From assembly GCA_902779035.1 (NCBI GenBank), contig CACZAH010000007.1, forward strand, positions 1,184 to 65,183: a stretch of DNA of 64,000 nt, written 5' to 3'. The first letter of the stretch is position 1. The number at the start of each line of letters is the position of its first letter. Both the position numbers and the translations under genes were made by a program. Shown piece after piece: positions 40,582 to 50,331 of this stretch. The DNA is from an uncultured Erysipelotrichaceae bacterium. Its GTDB lineage: Bacteria; Bacillota_I; Bacilli_A; RF39; UBA660. The notes below the pieces were generated by a model. It was not told where the DNA came from and made no database searches. It worked only from the letters and a program-made list of their open reading frames with translations.

Positions 40582-42819
40582 ATGGCAAAGAAGAAAAAGA
40601 GAAAAGAAGTTAAAAAGGATAAAGATTATGTTGTAGAATTAAAAGGAATACTTTTGCTTCTAATTTGTATAATTGGGTGCTGTCCATTTGGGGTGGTTGC
40701 AGATATTATTAAAGGTTTTGCCTCATTCTTAGTTGGAGTATGGTGGGCTGAAGCATTAATTCTTGTTGGTATATGTGGTATATATATGATTGTGAAAAGA
40801 AAAAAGCCTGAGTTTTTTACTCCCAAATTAGTAGGCCTTTATATAATTATCATTGCAATTTGTATATTATCTCATGTAGGATATATTAAAAATCTTAATA
40901 GCGATACAATTGATGTAAATCATTTTAAACTAGTTGATAATGGAGTTGAAGTTATACAAGCTACAGTTAGTAATATGTTAGATTTTGTAAATAATGGTGT
41001 TAAACTATCTGGTGGTGGTGTAATTGGAGCAGTATTTGCTTCCATATTATGTGCGCTTTTAACTCTTAACGGGGCAATGGTAGTAAGTATTACACTAATT
41101 ATATGTGGATCTATTATGTTTACAGGAGTATCAATTTATGACTTAATTAAGAAGACTCGTGAAGGAACACATAAATTAAAAGATAAAGTACATAGAGAAA
41201 AGAAACCTAAAGAAGAAGATATAGAAATGCCTGAGGTAACTGATTCTTCAAGTCATAGTATAGTTATTTCTAATCTAGATGAACTTAAGAATAACGAACC
41301 AAAGGAAGACATTAGTGTAGTTAAACCGGTAAGTGATAGTGATAATAGTAGTAGTGAGAATAAGAATTATAAGTATCCACCTATTACTTTACTTAGTAAA
41401 CCTTCTAAAGGTAATGGCAAAGCTAATCAAGATGCAATTAAGCAAAATGTTCCAATATTGGTACAGGTGCTTAAAGACTTTGGAATTGAAGGTAAAGTAG
41501 TTGCAGCTCACGTAGGACCTGCGGTAACTCAGTATGAACTTGAAATTAAAGCAGGTACTAAGGTAAATAAAATACTTAGTTTAAATCGTGAAATTGCTCT
41601 AGCTTTAGCTGCCAAAGACGTACGTATTCAAGCTCCTATTCCAGGTAAAAGTACTATTGGAGTAGAACTTCCTAATAAAAGTATTTCAATGGTAAATGTT
41701 AGAGAAGTATTAACTAGTGTTCCATCTAGTTTATCAGATAGTAAGCTATTATCTGTACTAGGTAGAGATATAATGGGTGAACCTAGGTGGATGGAGATTA
41801 ATAAGACTCCACATTTACTTGTAGCTGGATCTACTGGTTCAGGTAAGTCAGTATGTATTAATAGTATTTTAGCTAGTATTTTAATGCGTAGTAAACCAGA
41901 TGAAGTAAAACTAGTATTAGTTGACCCTAAAAAGGTTGAGTTATCAATCTATAATGGAGTTCCACATTTACTTGCTCCAGTTGTAACAGATGCTAAAAAA
42001 GCAAATATTGCTTTAAAAAAGATAGTAGCTGAGATGGAGAGACGTTATGATGTATTTGAGGAGAGTAAAACTAAAAATATAACTAGTTATAACAAATATA
42101 TCGATAAAAAGAATGAATCTTTGCCAGATAATGAAAAAGAAAAAAGAATGCCTTACATTGTAGTTATAATAGATGAGCTTGCTGATTTAATGCTTGTTGC
42201 AGCAAAAGAAGTAGAGGATTCTATTATGCGTATTACTCAGATGGCTCGTGCTGCAGGAATACATTTGATAGTTGCAACTCAAAGACCATCAACAGATGTA
42301 ATTACCGGTGTAGTTAAAGCTAATATTCCATCGCGTATATCATTTGCGGTATCAAGTGGAATTGATTCACGTACAATACTTGATATGACAGGTGCAGAAA
42401 AACTTCTTGGAAAAGGTGATATGTTATACTTGCCTCAAGGAGAAAATGTTCCACTTCGTATTCAAGGTACATTTATAAGCGAGGAAGAAACTAAAGCAAT
42501 TGTTGATTTTGTATGTTCACAACAAAAGGCTAAATATGATAATACATTAACGGTTGCAGAAGAAGATGAAGGCGCAACTACAATGGTAGAGAGTAAGGAT
42601 GATTATGAAGAACCGCTATACAATGAGATTGTAGAATTCGTAGTTACGCAAGGTAAGGCAAGTGCATCGCTTTTACAACGTAGATTTAGATTAGGTTATA
42701 ATAGAGCCGCTCGTTGCATAGACTTGCTTGAAGATAGAGGCATTATTGGACCATCTAATGGATCTAAGCCTCGTGAAGTATTAGTTAAACTTGATAATAA
42801 TTCGACACAAAATGACTAA
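40582..42819 (+). CDS. ftsK: DNA translocase FtsK/SpoIIIE
   Basis: N-terminal TM segments, Walker A GSTGSGKSV, Walker B IVVIIDELADL, ATQRPS and a C-terminal gamma (winged-helix) domain ASASLLQRRFRLGYNRAARCIDLLE. Confidence 0.93.
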   Translation: MAKKKKRKEVKKDKDYVVELKGILLLLICIIGCCPFGVVADIIKGFASFLVGVWWAEALILVGICGIYMIVKRKKPEFFTPKLVGLYIIIIAICILSHVGYIKNLNSDTIDVNHFKLVDNGVEVIQATVSNMLDFVNNGVKLSGGGVIGAVFASILCALLTLNGAMVVSITLIICGSIMFTGVSIYDLIKKTREGTHKLKDKVHREKKPKEEDIEMPEVTDSSSHSIVISNLDELKNNEPKEDISVVKPVSDSDNSSSENKNYKYPPITLLSKPSKGNGKANQDAIKQNVPILVQVLKDFGIEGKVVAAHVGPAVTQYELEIKAGTKVNKILSLNREIALALAAKDVRIQAPIPGKSTIGVELPNKSISMVNVREVLTSVPSSLSDSKLLSVLGRDIMGEPRWMEINKTPHLLVAGSTGSGKSVCINSILASILMRSKPDEVKLVLVDPKKVELSIYNGVPHLLAPVVTDAKKANIALKKIVAEMERRYDVFEESKTKNITSYNKYIDKKNESLPDNEKEKRMPYIVVIIDELADLMLVAAKEVEDSIMRITQMARAAGIHLIVATQRPSTDVITGVVKANIPSRISFAVSSGIDSRTILDMTGAEKLLGKGDMLYLPQGENVPLRIQGTFISEEETKAIVDFVCSQQKAKYDNTLTVAEEDEGATTMVESKDDYEEPLYNEIVEFVVTQGKASASLLQRRFRLGYNRAARCIDLLEDRGIIGPSNGSKPREVLVKLDNNSTQND

Positions 42820-42849
42820 TTGTTAAGATATGATAATATTGGTGATAAT

Positions 42850-43308
42850 ATGAAAAAGTATTTTAAAGCAATATTTGTATCTTTAATAATTGGTTTTTTT
42901 CTTTCCTATTTCTTTCTTACTCAATATAAAGGGTTCAAAGGCATAACTGTATCTAATGAAGGAGATGAGTATTATTTTCTTTCTAATGGACAGTATTCTA
43001 GTAAGGAAGAGATGGAAAAATCAGGAGTTAACTTAGAGAATTATGTATATAGAAAGGATGGTATTAACTATTATATGTATGTAGGTATTACAAAAAATAA
43101 AGATAATGCAGAAAAAATGAAGAACTATTATGCTAGTAAGAATATTGATGTAGAGATTAAAGATTTTTATATTAGTAGTAATAAGTTTAAAGATGCAATA
43201 GATAATCTTGATAATATTTTAATTAATAGTAATGATGAGGTAGTTATTACAGAGATTATTAATCAAGGATTAAATAAGTATGAGGAGATAATATTAAATG
43301 GCAGTTAA
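42850..43308 (+). CDS. Membrane-anchored hypothetical protein, possibly SPOR-like
   Basis: N-terminal TM helix. The region YYFLSNGQYSSKEEMEKS...YYMYVGITKNKDNAEKMKNYY loosely resembles a SPOR repeat; this is a weak call. Confidence 0.4.
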   Translation: MKKYFKAIFVSLIIGFFLSYFFLTQYKGFKGITVSNEGDEYYFLSNGQYSSKEEMEKSGVNLENYVYRKDGINYYMYVGITKNKDNAEKMKNYYASKNIDVEIKDFYISSNKFKDAIDNLDNILINSNDEVVITEIINQGLNKYEEIILNGS

Positions 43309-43987
43309 AATTAAAGATATGAGTATTTTGGATAGACCAAGAGAAAGATTAATTAAATACGGGGCAAAGAATTTATCAGATAGTGAATTACTAGCTATAT
43401 TAATAGGAAGTGGTAATAATAAGAATTCAGCTAAGGATCTTGCCAATCTAATATTAAACAAATGTGATGGTGCAAGTAACTTAGATAAAATGAATTATAA
43501 TACTCTAACTAGTATTGATGGAATTAAAGAATCTCGTGCCTGTAATATACTTGCGGCAATAGAACTGTCTAGAAGAATAAATAATAATGTAAGAGATTTA
43601 AATGGAATAAAGCTAAATAATGTAGAATTAGTGTTTCAATATTATAAAGAGATATTAAAAGATGAAAAACAAGAATGTTTTTACTGTGTATATTTAGATG
43701 TTACTAAGAAAGTGATATGCGATAAATTACTTTTTAAAGGTACACTTAATTATAGTCTAGTACATCCTAGAGAAGTATTTAAAGAAGCATTTCTAGTAGG
43801 TGCATCGGCAATAGTTTGTGTGCATAATCATCCTTCAGGTAATATTAAACCAAGTGTGCAAGATATTGAAATTACTAATAATTTAGTAGAGTTAGGTTTA
43901 ATTCATGGAGTAAAAGTATTAGACCATGTCATAATAGGAGAGAATACTTATTATAGTTTTTTAGAAAATAATAAGATTTCTCTTTAA
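43298..43987 (+). CDS. radC: RadC-family JAB/MPN domain protein
   Basis: ERL...GAKNLSDSELLAILIGSG N-terminus and the JAMM motif VHNHPSG. Confidence 0.88.
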   Translation: MAVKIKDMSILDRPRERLIKYGAKNLSDSELLAILIGSGNNKNSAKDLANLILNKCDGASNLDKMNYNTLTSIDGIKESRACNILAAIELSRRINNNVRDLNGIKLNNVELVFQYYKEILKDEKQECFYCVYLDVTKKVICDKLLFKGTLNYSLVHPREVFKEAFLVGASAIVCVHNHPSGNIKPSVQDIEITNNLVELGLIHGVKVLDHVIIGENTYYSFLENNKISL

Positions 43988-44027
43988 AAATAAGCATTAA
44001 TGTATTATAATTAAACAAGGTGATTAT

Positions 44028-44873
44028 ATGTCAAAAAATGGAAATAAGAAAAAATATATTGTACTCATTATACTTGTTATTATAGGTACTCTTGTTGTTG
44101 CAACCACAATATCAGTTAAAGAGAAAAGGCATCTTAATTTTTTTGAGAAAGCAGTTAAAGACTCAACTACATTTATGGTAGGTGCTGCATATAAACCATT
44201 TGGGTTTATTAAAGATAAAATAAAAGAGAGTAATGAAAAAAATAAAATGTATAAAGAGTATAAAAAGTTAAAGAGTATGGCTAACAAAGCAAAAATGTAT
44301 GAGGCAAGAATTAAAGAATTGGAAGGAGAGGTAGATAATCTAAAGAAATCTTTAGATATTAATCAAACTATTACTGATTATAAAACTATTAATGCAACTG
44401 TAGTTAATAGAAATGTTGGTGCTTGGTATAATACACTTAATATTAATAAAGGTTCTAAATCAGGCATAAAAGAGGGATATGCAGTAATTACTGATAAAGG
44501 TTTAATAGGTAAAATTACTTCTGTTGGAAACTTTACAAGTACAGTGAAATTACTTTCTACTGATGAATCTATAAATAAAATATCAGTAAAAATAGAAGTA
44601 GATGATAAAAGTATATATGGACTTCTTTCATCATACAATAAAAAGAATAATACATACTTAGTAGAAGGTATTAGTGATTCAAGTGAGATTAAAAATGGTT
44701 CAAAAGTAGTTACTACAGGACTTACTGATGCATTTCCTTCAGGTATATTAATAGGTGAAGTAAAAAGCGTTACTAAAGATAGATTTGAGCTTGCAAAAGC
44801 AGTAGAAGTAACTCCATCAGTTGATTATAATGATATAGATATAGTTACTATACTAGATAGGGATTCAAAATGA
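44028..44873 (+). CDS. mreC: Rod shape-determining protein MreC
   Basis: N-terminal TM helix, a coiled coil (ENKMYKEYKKLK...RIKELEGEVDNLK), then a beta-rich domain (GLIGKITSV..STVKLL..., FPSGILIGEV). Lies upstream of mreD. Confidence 0.85.
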   Translation: MSKNGNKKKYIVLIILVIIGTLVVATTISVKEKRHLNFFEKAVKDSTTFMVGAAYKPFGFIKDKIKESNEKNKMYKEYKKLKSMANKAKMYEARIKELEGEVDNLKKSLDINQTITDYKTINATVVNRNVGAWYNTLNINKGSKSGIKEGYAVITDKGLIGKITSVGNFTSTVKLLSTDESINKISVKIEVDDKSIYGLLSSYNKKNNTYLVEGISDSSEIKNGSKVVTTGLTDAFPSGILIGEVKSVTKDRFELAKAVEVTPSVDYNDIDIVTILDRDSK

Positions 44874-45361
44874 TTGTAGTAGTTTTATTAATATCATTTA
44901 TTTTAGAAGGCATAGTATCTAATTTAGTACCTACATCATCATTATTTATACCACTATTTTCTATTGTTTCTTTATTAGTTACATATCCGCTATTTAATGA
45001 AAATAAAATAAAATACTTAATATATTCTGGAACTTTAGGATTACTATATGATTTAGTATATACTAATACTCCTTTTATAAATACATTTACACTTATTATT
45101 ACTGCTTTAGTAATTACATTTATATGTAAGTTTATAACTATAAATAAACTAAACTTAATACTAATTATTTTATTTGTACTTTTGTTTAATCAAACTATTA
45201 ATTATTTGTTATTATGTTTATTTAGATACCGTATATTCAATAATGCTACATTACTAGAAGGGTTATATTCTTCGTTAATATTAAATGTAGTATATAGTTA
45301 TATCTTATATGTAGTGATTGAAATCATTAACAAGAAACGTAAGTATAAGAGGATAATATGA
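44870..45361 (+). CDS. mreD: Rod shape-determining protein MreD (by position and topology)
   Basis: 163-aa polytopic membrane protein translationally coupled (ATGA) to mreC. Confidence 0.65.
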   Translation: MIVVVLLISFILEGIVSNLVPTSSLFIPLFSIVSLLVTYPLFNENKIKYLIYSGTLGLLYDLVYTNTPFINTFTLIITALVITFICKFITINKLNLILIILFVLLFNQTINYLLLCLFRYRIFNNATLLEGLYSSLILNVVYSYILYVVIEIINKKRKYKRII

Positions 45362-45906
45362 ATAGATGTAGTTGGGTTAATCTAGATAATAAGTTATATG
45401 TTAATTACCATGATAATGTTTGGGGATGCGAGTGTCATGATGATATTTTGCTTTTTAAATATTTAATACTTGAAATGTTTCAAGCAGGACTTGCTTGGGA
45501 AACTATAATTAATAAAGAAAAATACTTTTGTGATGCATTTGATAATTTTGATTATAATGTAATAGTTAATTATGATGATAATAAGATTAATGAACTTATG
45601 AATAATAAAGATATTATTCGTAATAGATTAAAGATACTATCTACTATTAATAATGCTAAAGTATTTATTAATATTATTAATGAGTGGGGTAGTTTTGATA
45701 AGTATATCTGGCATTATACAAAAGGTAGACAAATTCATTACAAAAGATTTCATACAACAAGTAAGTTATCAGATAAATTATCTAGTGATTTAAAAAAATT
45801 TGGTATGAAGTTTATTGGTAGTACAATTATATATTCATATTTAGAAGCAATCGGAGTACTTAATAATCATGAAGATACATGCTTTAAGGGAGGAGTTCAT
45901 GTATAA
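45358..45906 (+). CDS. tag: DNA-3-methyladenine glycosylase I
   Basis: RCSWV...YHDNVWGCECHDD..LFKYLILEMFQAGLAWETIINKEKYF..AF and IIRNRLKI match Tag family motifs. Confidence 0.88.
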   Translation: MNRCSWVNLDNKLYVNYHDNVWGCECHDDILLFKYLILEMFQAGLAWETIINKEKYFCDAFDNFDYNVIVNYDDNKINELMNNKDIIRNRLKILSTINNAKVFINIINEWGSFDKYIWHYTKGRQIHYKRFHTTSKLSDKLSSDLKKFGMKFIGSTIIYSYLEAIGVLNNHEDTCFKGGVHV

Positions 45907-46474
45907 ACTATTAAATAAGATATTATTAATAATTATGAATATTGGAACTATTATAGTAGCTACATTAGAATTTACTAATAATAATTATGCAAGAGCAATG
46001 ACATTTGTTGCGATATTCCCATTATTACTTATACCTTTTATAATAAACAAAACAAAGTTTAAACTAAGTGATAAAGAGATATTCTTATATTATTTATTTA
46101 TCTTACTTGCAGACTTTATTGGTTGTGTTTGTAACTTATACAATACTGTATCTTGGTATGATATATTTGTGCACTTCTTATCAGGAATGTTTACCTTTGT
46201 TCTTGCAACCATTGTATATAGAATAATATCAGATAGTAATAACAAGTTATTAAAATTATTGTTTTGCTTGGGTATAGTTTCATTAATAGCTGTTACTTGG
46301 GAAGTGTTTGAGTTTAGTATCGATAGTTTTGCTCATACTAATTTACAACACAATCAAGATACAGGCGTTATAGACACAATGCAAGATATGATAGTTGCAA
46401 TGTTAGGGGGGATTATATCATCAATATATACTTGGTTCAAAAGACTAGACATATACAGTAAATCTAATATGTAA
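45899..46474 (+). CDS. Hypothetical polytopic membrane protein
   Basis: Five or six hydrophobic segments. GGAGG precedes ATG 45899. The family is not confidently recognised. Confidence 0.5.
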   Translation: MYKLLNKILLIIMNIGTIIVATLEFTNNNYARAMTFVAIFPLLLIPFIINKTKFKLSDKEIFLYYLFILLADFIGCVCNLYNTVSWYDIFVHFLSGMFTFVLATIVYRIISDSNNKLLKLLFCLGIVSLIAVTWEVFEFSIDSFAHTNLQHNQDTGVIDTMQDMIVAMLGGIISSIYTWFKRLDIYSKSNM

Positions 46475-46506
46475 ATTAGCTGTAAATTACATATTAGATT
46501 TTTTTA
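46461..46506 (+). terminator. Intrinsic terminator
   Basis: Perfect 14-bp stem AATCTAATATGTAA / TTACATATTAGATT followed by TTTTT. Confidence 0.75.
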
Positions 46507-46520
46507 TGTATAATTATATT

Positions 46521-46539
46521 TTGTTGCACTTGCAACACA
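46521..46539. promoter_or_regulatory. Palindromic box TTGTTGCAcTTGCAACACA upstream of nrdD (copy 2 of 2)
   Basis: Same 19-mer as 24871..24889. It sits just downstream of a TATAAT (46509-46514), so it is either an operator near +1 or a 5'-terminal RNA hairpin. Confidence 0.4.
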
Positions 46540-46592
46540 TTATATCTACAAAATATGATATGATGTTGACGGTAACAAAAGTAGGAGGATTT

Positions 46593-48833
46593 ATGAAAGT
46601 AATAAAAAGAGATGGACATATGGTTGAGTATTGTCCAGAAAAGATTGAAGAAGCTATTAAAAAAGCAAATTTAGAAGTTGAAGAAGATGATCAAGCTTCT
46701 GGAACACAGATTAAAAATATTATTAAGTATATTGAGAAGCTTGGAAAGAAGAGGATTCTTGTTGAGGATATTCAAGATATAATAGAGATGAAATTAATGA
46801 AGATGGGTAAATATGTACTTGCTAAAAAATATATTACTTATCGTTATACAAGAGAGTTAGTTAGAAGAAGTAATACAACAGATCTTGCCATTAAAGAGTT
46901 AATTGATGGTGAATCTGAATATTGGAATACTGAGAATTCTAATAAGAATGCTAAGGTAGTAACAACTCAAAGAGATTATTTAGCTGGTATTACTAGTACT
47001 GATATTACTCGTAGATTTTTACTTCCTGAAGATATTGTTAAAGCTCATGATGAAGGTGTAATTCATTTTCATGATGCAGATTATTTTGCACAAAATGCAC
47101 TTCATAACTGTGATTTAATTAATCTTGATGATATGCTTCAAAATGGTACAAATATAAATGGTGTTATGATTGAAAAACCACATAGATTCTTAACAGCTAT
47201 GACAATTGCAACACAACTTATTACTGCTGTATCATCTAGCCAGTATGGTGGAGCTACTATAACTCTAACACATTTAGCTCCGTTTGCTCGTGAGTCATAT
47301 AATAGATATTTAGATAAGTATAAGAAAAGAAAATTCGCTAAGAAAGATTGCGAGAAGTTTGCTAAAGAAGATTTACAAAAAGAAATAGTAGATGGAGTAC
47401 AAACTTTCCAATATCAAATAAATTCAATGACTACAACTAATGGCCAAGCACCTTTCTTATCTGTTTGTATGTATTTAGGAGAAACTGATGAGTACAAAGA
47501 AGAACTTGCTATGATTATTGAAGAAGTATTAAAACAAAGAATACAGGGTATGAAAAATGAAAAAGGTGTATATATCACACCAGCATTCCCTAAACTTTTA
47601 TATGTGCTTGAAGAAGATAACATTAAAGAAGGTTCTAAGTATTACTATTTAACAGAGCTAGCTGCTAAATGTACTGCAAAAAGAATGGTACCAGATTATA
47701 TTTCTGAAAAAGTAATGAAAGAATTAAAGAAAAATGAGTATGGTGAAGGTGAGTGTTATCCTTGCATGGGATGTCGTTCATTCTTAACACCTGACCGTTC
47801 TATTTCTCGTGGTAATGTTGCTAAAGCTAAAAACTATGTTGAAGGTAAAGGTAAATATTATGGTAGATTTAATCAAGGTGTTGTTACAATTAACTTAGTA
47901 GATGTTGCACTTTCTGCAGATAAAGATATGGATGCATTCTGGAAGATATTTGATGAAAGATTAGAGTTATGCCATCGTGCACTTCAAATTAGACATAAAA
48001 GATTATCACATACTACAAGTGATGTTGCGCCTATTCTTTGGCAACACGGAGCTTTAGCTAGACTTGAAAAAGGTGAATCAATTCATGAGTTACTACACCA
48101 TGGATATTCAACTATTTCACTAGGTTATGCAGGTTTGTATGAATGTGTTAAGTTTATGACAGGACACTCTCATACTGATAATGGTAAAGGTAAAGAGTTT
48201 GGCCTTGAAGTTATGCAAAAAATGAATGATATGTGTAATAAGTGGAAGAAGGATGAAGATATAGATTACAGTGTATATGGGACTCCTATTGAATCAACTA
48301 CTTATAAGTTCGCTAAATGCTTGAAAGAAAGATTTGGTAAAATCAAAGGTATTACTGATAGAGATTATATTACTAATTCATATCATGTACCTGTATTTGA
48401 AGAAATTGATGCATTTAGTAAATTAGCATTAGAATCAGAATTTCAAAAATTATCTCCAGGTGGAGCAATATCTTATGTAGAAACTCCTAACTTAGAGAAT
48501 AACTTAGATGCAGTAATGGAAATTATTAAGTTTATCTATGATAATATTATGTATGCAGAACTTAATACTAAGTCTGATTATTGTCAAGAGTGCGGTTATA
48601 CTGGTGAAATATTAATTGATGATGATTTAGAATGGTATTGTCCTAACTGTGGTAATAGGGATCATGATAAATTAAATGTTGCACGTCGTACTTGTGGTTA
48701 TATAGGTTCTAATTTCTGGAATAAAGGAAGAACACAAGAGATTAAAGAAAGAGTGTTACATGTAGATAATAAAGATTGTGAAGATTGTGATTGTAAGAAA
48801 GAAAGTGATACTGGATGCGATTCAACAAAATAA
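46593..48833 (+). CDS. nrdD: Anaerobic ribonucleoside-triphosphate reductase
   Basis: N-terminal ATP cone (VIKRDGHMVEY), C-terminal Zn site CQECGY...CPNCG and the glycyl-radical motif RRTCGYIG. AGGAGG precedes ATG 46593. Confidence 0.95.
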   Translation: MKVIKRDGHMVEYCPEKIEEAIKKANLEVEEDDQASGTQIKNIIKYIEKLGKKRILVEDIQDIIEMKLMKMGKYVLAKKYITYRYTRELVRRSNTTDLAIKELIDGESEYWNTENSNKNAKVVTTQRDYLAGITSTDITRRFLLPEDIVKAHDEGVIHFHDADYFAQNALHNCDLINLDDMLQNGTNINGVMIEKPHRFLTAMTIATQLITAVSSSQYGGATITLTHLAPFARESYNRYLDKYKKRKFAKKDCEKFAKEDLQKEIVDGVQTFQYQINSMTTTNGQAPFLSVCMYLGETDEYKEELAMIIEEVLKQRIQGMKNEKGVYITPAFPKLLYVLEEDNIKEGSKYYYLTELAAKCTAKRMVPDYISEKVMKELKKNEYGEGECYPCMGCRSFLTPDRSISRGNVAKAKNYVEGKGKYYGRFNQGVVTINLVDVALSADKDMDAFWKIFDERLELCHRALQIRHKRLSHTTSDVAPILWQHGALARLEKGESIHELLHHGYSTISLGYAGLYECVKFMTGHSHTDNGKGKEFGLEVMQKMNDMCNKWKKDEDIDYSVYGTPIESTTYKFAKCLKERFGKIKGITDRDYITNSYHVPVFEEIDAFSKLALESEFQKLSPGGAISYVETPNLENNLDAVMEIIKFIYDNIMYAELNTKSDYCQECGYTGEILIDDDLEWYCPNCGNRDHDKLNVARRTCGYIGSNFWNKGRTQEIKERVLHVDNKDCEDCDCKKESDTGCDSTK

Positions 48834-49315
48834 GAAGAACAGATATATCAAATGGTCCTGGTATTAGAGTTTCAATATTTATGCAGGGTTGTACATTTAA
48901 TTGTAAGGGATGTTTCAACCCTGAAACTCATGACTTTAATGGAGGTCATGAGTTTAATGATTCAACAATTGATAAGATTATAGATTTAGCTAAACCTAAT
49001 CATATAAAAGGATTATCTATATTAGGAGGAGAACCAATGCATCCTAAAAATATAGATGGTACTTTAAAGTTAGCTTGCGAGTTTAAGAAAAAGTATCCAA
49101 ATAAAACGGTTTGGGTATGGACAGGTTTTAATTATGAAGATTTATCTAAAAAACACGATTTAAGCGATATAGATGTACTAATTGATGGGCAGTATAAAAT
49201 GGAATTATATAATCCAACATTAAAGTATAGAGGTTCATCTAATCAAAGAGTAATAGATATTAAAAAGACTATAAAGAATAAAAAGGTAGAGATATTAGAA
49301 GGAGTAGAAGTATGA
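48815..49315 (+). CDS. nrdG: Anaerobic ribonucleotide reductase activating protein (radical SAM)
   Basis: SNGPGIRVSIFMQGCTFNCKGCFNPETH and LSILGGEP; overlaps the nrdD 3' end. Confidence 0.9.
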   Translation: MRFNKIRRTDISNGPGIRVSIFMQGCTFNCKGCFNPETHDFNGGHEFNDSTIDKIIDLAKPNHIKGLSILGGEPMHPKNIDGTLKLACEFKKKYPNKTVWVWTGFNYEDLSKKHDLSDIDVLIDGQYKMELYNPTLKYRGSSNQRVIDIKKTIKNKKVEILEGVEV

Positions 49316-49773
49316 GAGAAAGAGGATTTGAAATAGCAAAAGGATGGGAAAATAAAAATATTAATCTTCCAAAAAGAAGTACAAAACATTCAGCAGGATA
49401 TGATGTAGAAGCAGCAGAAGATATAACTATTCCTGCATATAAACCAGGGATTAAACCAACACTTATTCCAACAGGATTGAAAGCATATTGTAAAGAAGAT
49501 GAGTGGTATATGCTTGCAAATCGTTCGTCTGGACCTAAAAAAGGATTTGTAATGGCAAATAGTATAGGAATAATTGATTCAGATTATTATAATAATGAAT
49601 CAAATGATGGACACTTTTATTTTCAATACTTTAATTTTCAAGACCATGATATCGAAGTTAAAAAAGGTGATGTAATAGGTCAAGTAATATTCCAAAAATT
49701 CTTAATAGTAGATAATGATAATGCAGAAGGAGTAAGAGCTGGAGGATTTGGCTCTACTGATGTAAATGAATAG
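49312..49773 (+). CDS. dut: dUTP diphosphatase
   Basis: RSTKHSAGYDVEA, GIIDSDYY and RAGGFGSTD motifs; ATGA overlap with nrdG. Confidence 0.85.
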   Translation: MRERGFEIAKGWENKNINLPKRSTKHSAGYDVEAAEDITIPAYKPGIKPTLIPTGLKAYCKEDEWYMLANRSSGPKKGFVMANSIGIIDSDYYNNESNDGHFYFQYFNFQDHDIEVKKGDVIGQVIFQKFLIVDNDNAEGVRAGGFGSTDVNE

Positions 49774-50320
49774 ACTAATAGTTGTAGAAGGCCCACAAGG
49801 GACAGGTAAGACTACACTTGCAAATTACTTAAGAGAGTCTATACCTGGTTCTAACCTATATCGTTTATCTGGGCAAAAAGATAAATCTATTACTGGACGT
49901 GATATAAGTATAAAAATGTATGATGCATTACTAGATTATTTAAAGGCTATGGAAGATGTTCCTATGGATTTAGTATTTGATAGAACGTTTTTTACTGAAG
50001 AAGTATATGCACGTTTGGGTTATAAAGATTATAGTTTTACAGATAATTATTATAAACTTGTAGACAGATTTGCTAATTTAAATTATGAAAAATATTTTAT
50101 TAATTTATATTTAGAAAATACAGACTTATTTAAAAAAAGGTTAGAAAGAGTTCATCATGATTATCAAGTATTTAGTGTTCAAAGTAGTACTGATCAACAA
50201 AATACATATAGAAATATTGCAGATGAATTAAGTTCTAAAGGAGTAATTGTAGAAAATCTTGCAATGGATAATTTTGATGAAGCTTATGATAAAGTAAAGA
50301 AATTATTAAGAATAAAATAG
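49766..50320 (+). CDS. P-loop (deoxy)nucleoside/nucleotide kinase-like protein
   Basis: Walker A GPQGTGKTT at the N-terminus and an FDRTFF segment (DR(S/Y)-like). Overlaps the dut stop. Substrate unknown. Confidence 0.55.
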   Translation: MNRLIVVEGPQGTGKTTLANYLRESIPGSNLYRLSGQKDKSITGRDISIKMYDALLDYLKAMEDVPMDLVFDRTFFTEEVYARLGYKDYSFTDNYYKLVDRFANLNYEKYFINLYLENTDLFKKRLERVHHDYQVFSVQSSTDQQNTYRNIADELSSKGVIVENLAMDNFDEAYDKVKKLLRIK

Positions 50321-50331
50321 AGTAAAGAGGT

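Noticed and set aside
46534-46575. NrdR boxes upstream of nrdD (ACACATTATATCTACA and a second A/T-rich segment).
   Set aside because: Only the left half-site (ACAC.AT.TAT) matches the remembered consensus acaCwAtATaTwGtgt. The right half is absent, and a tandem second box is not convincing.
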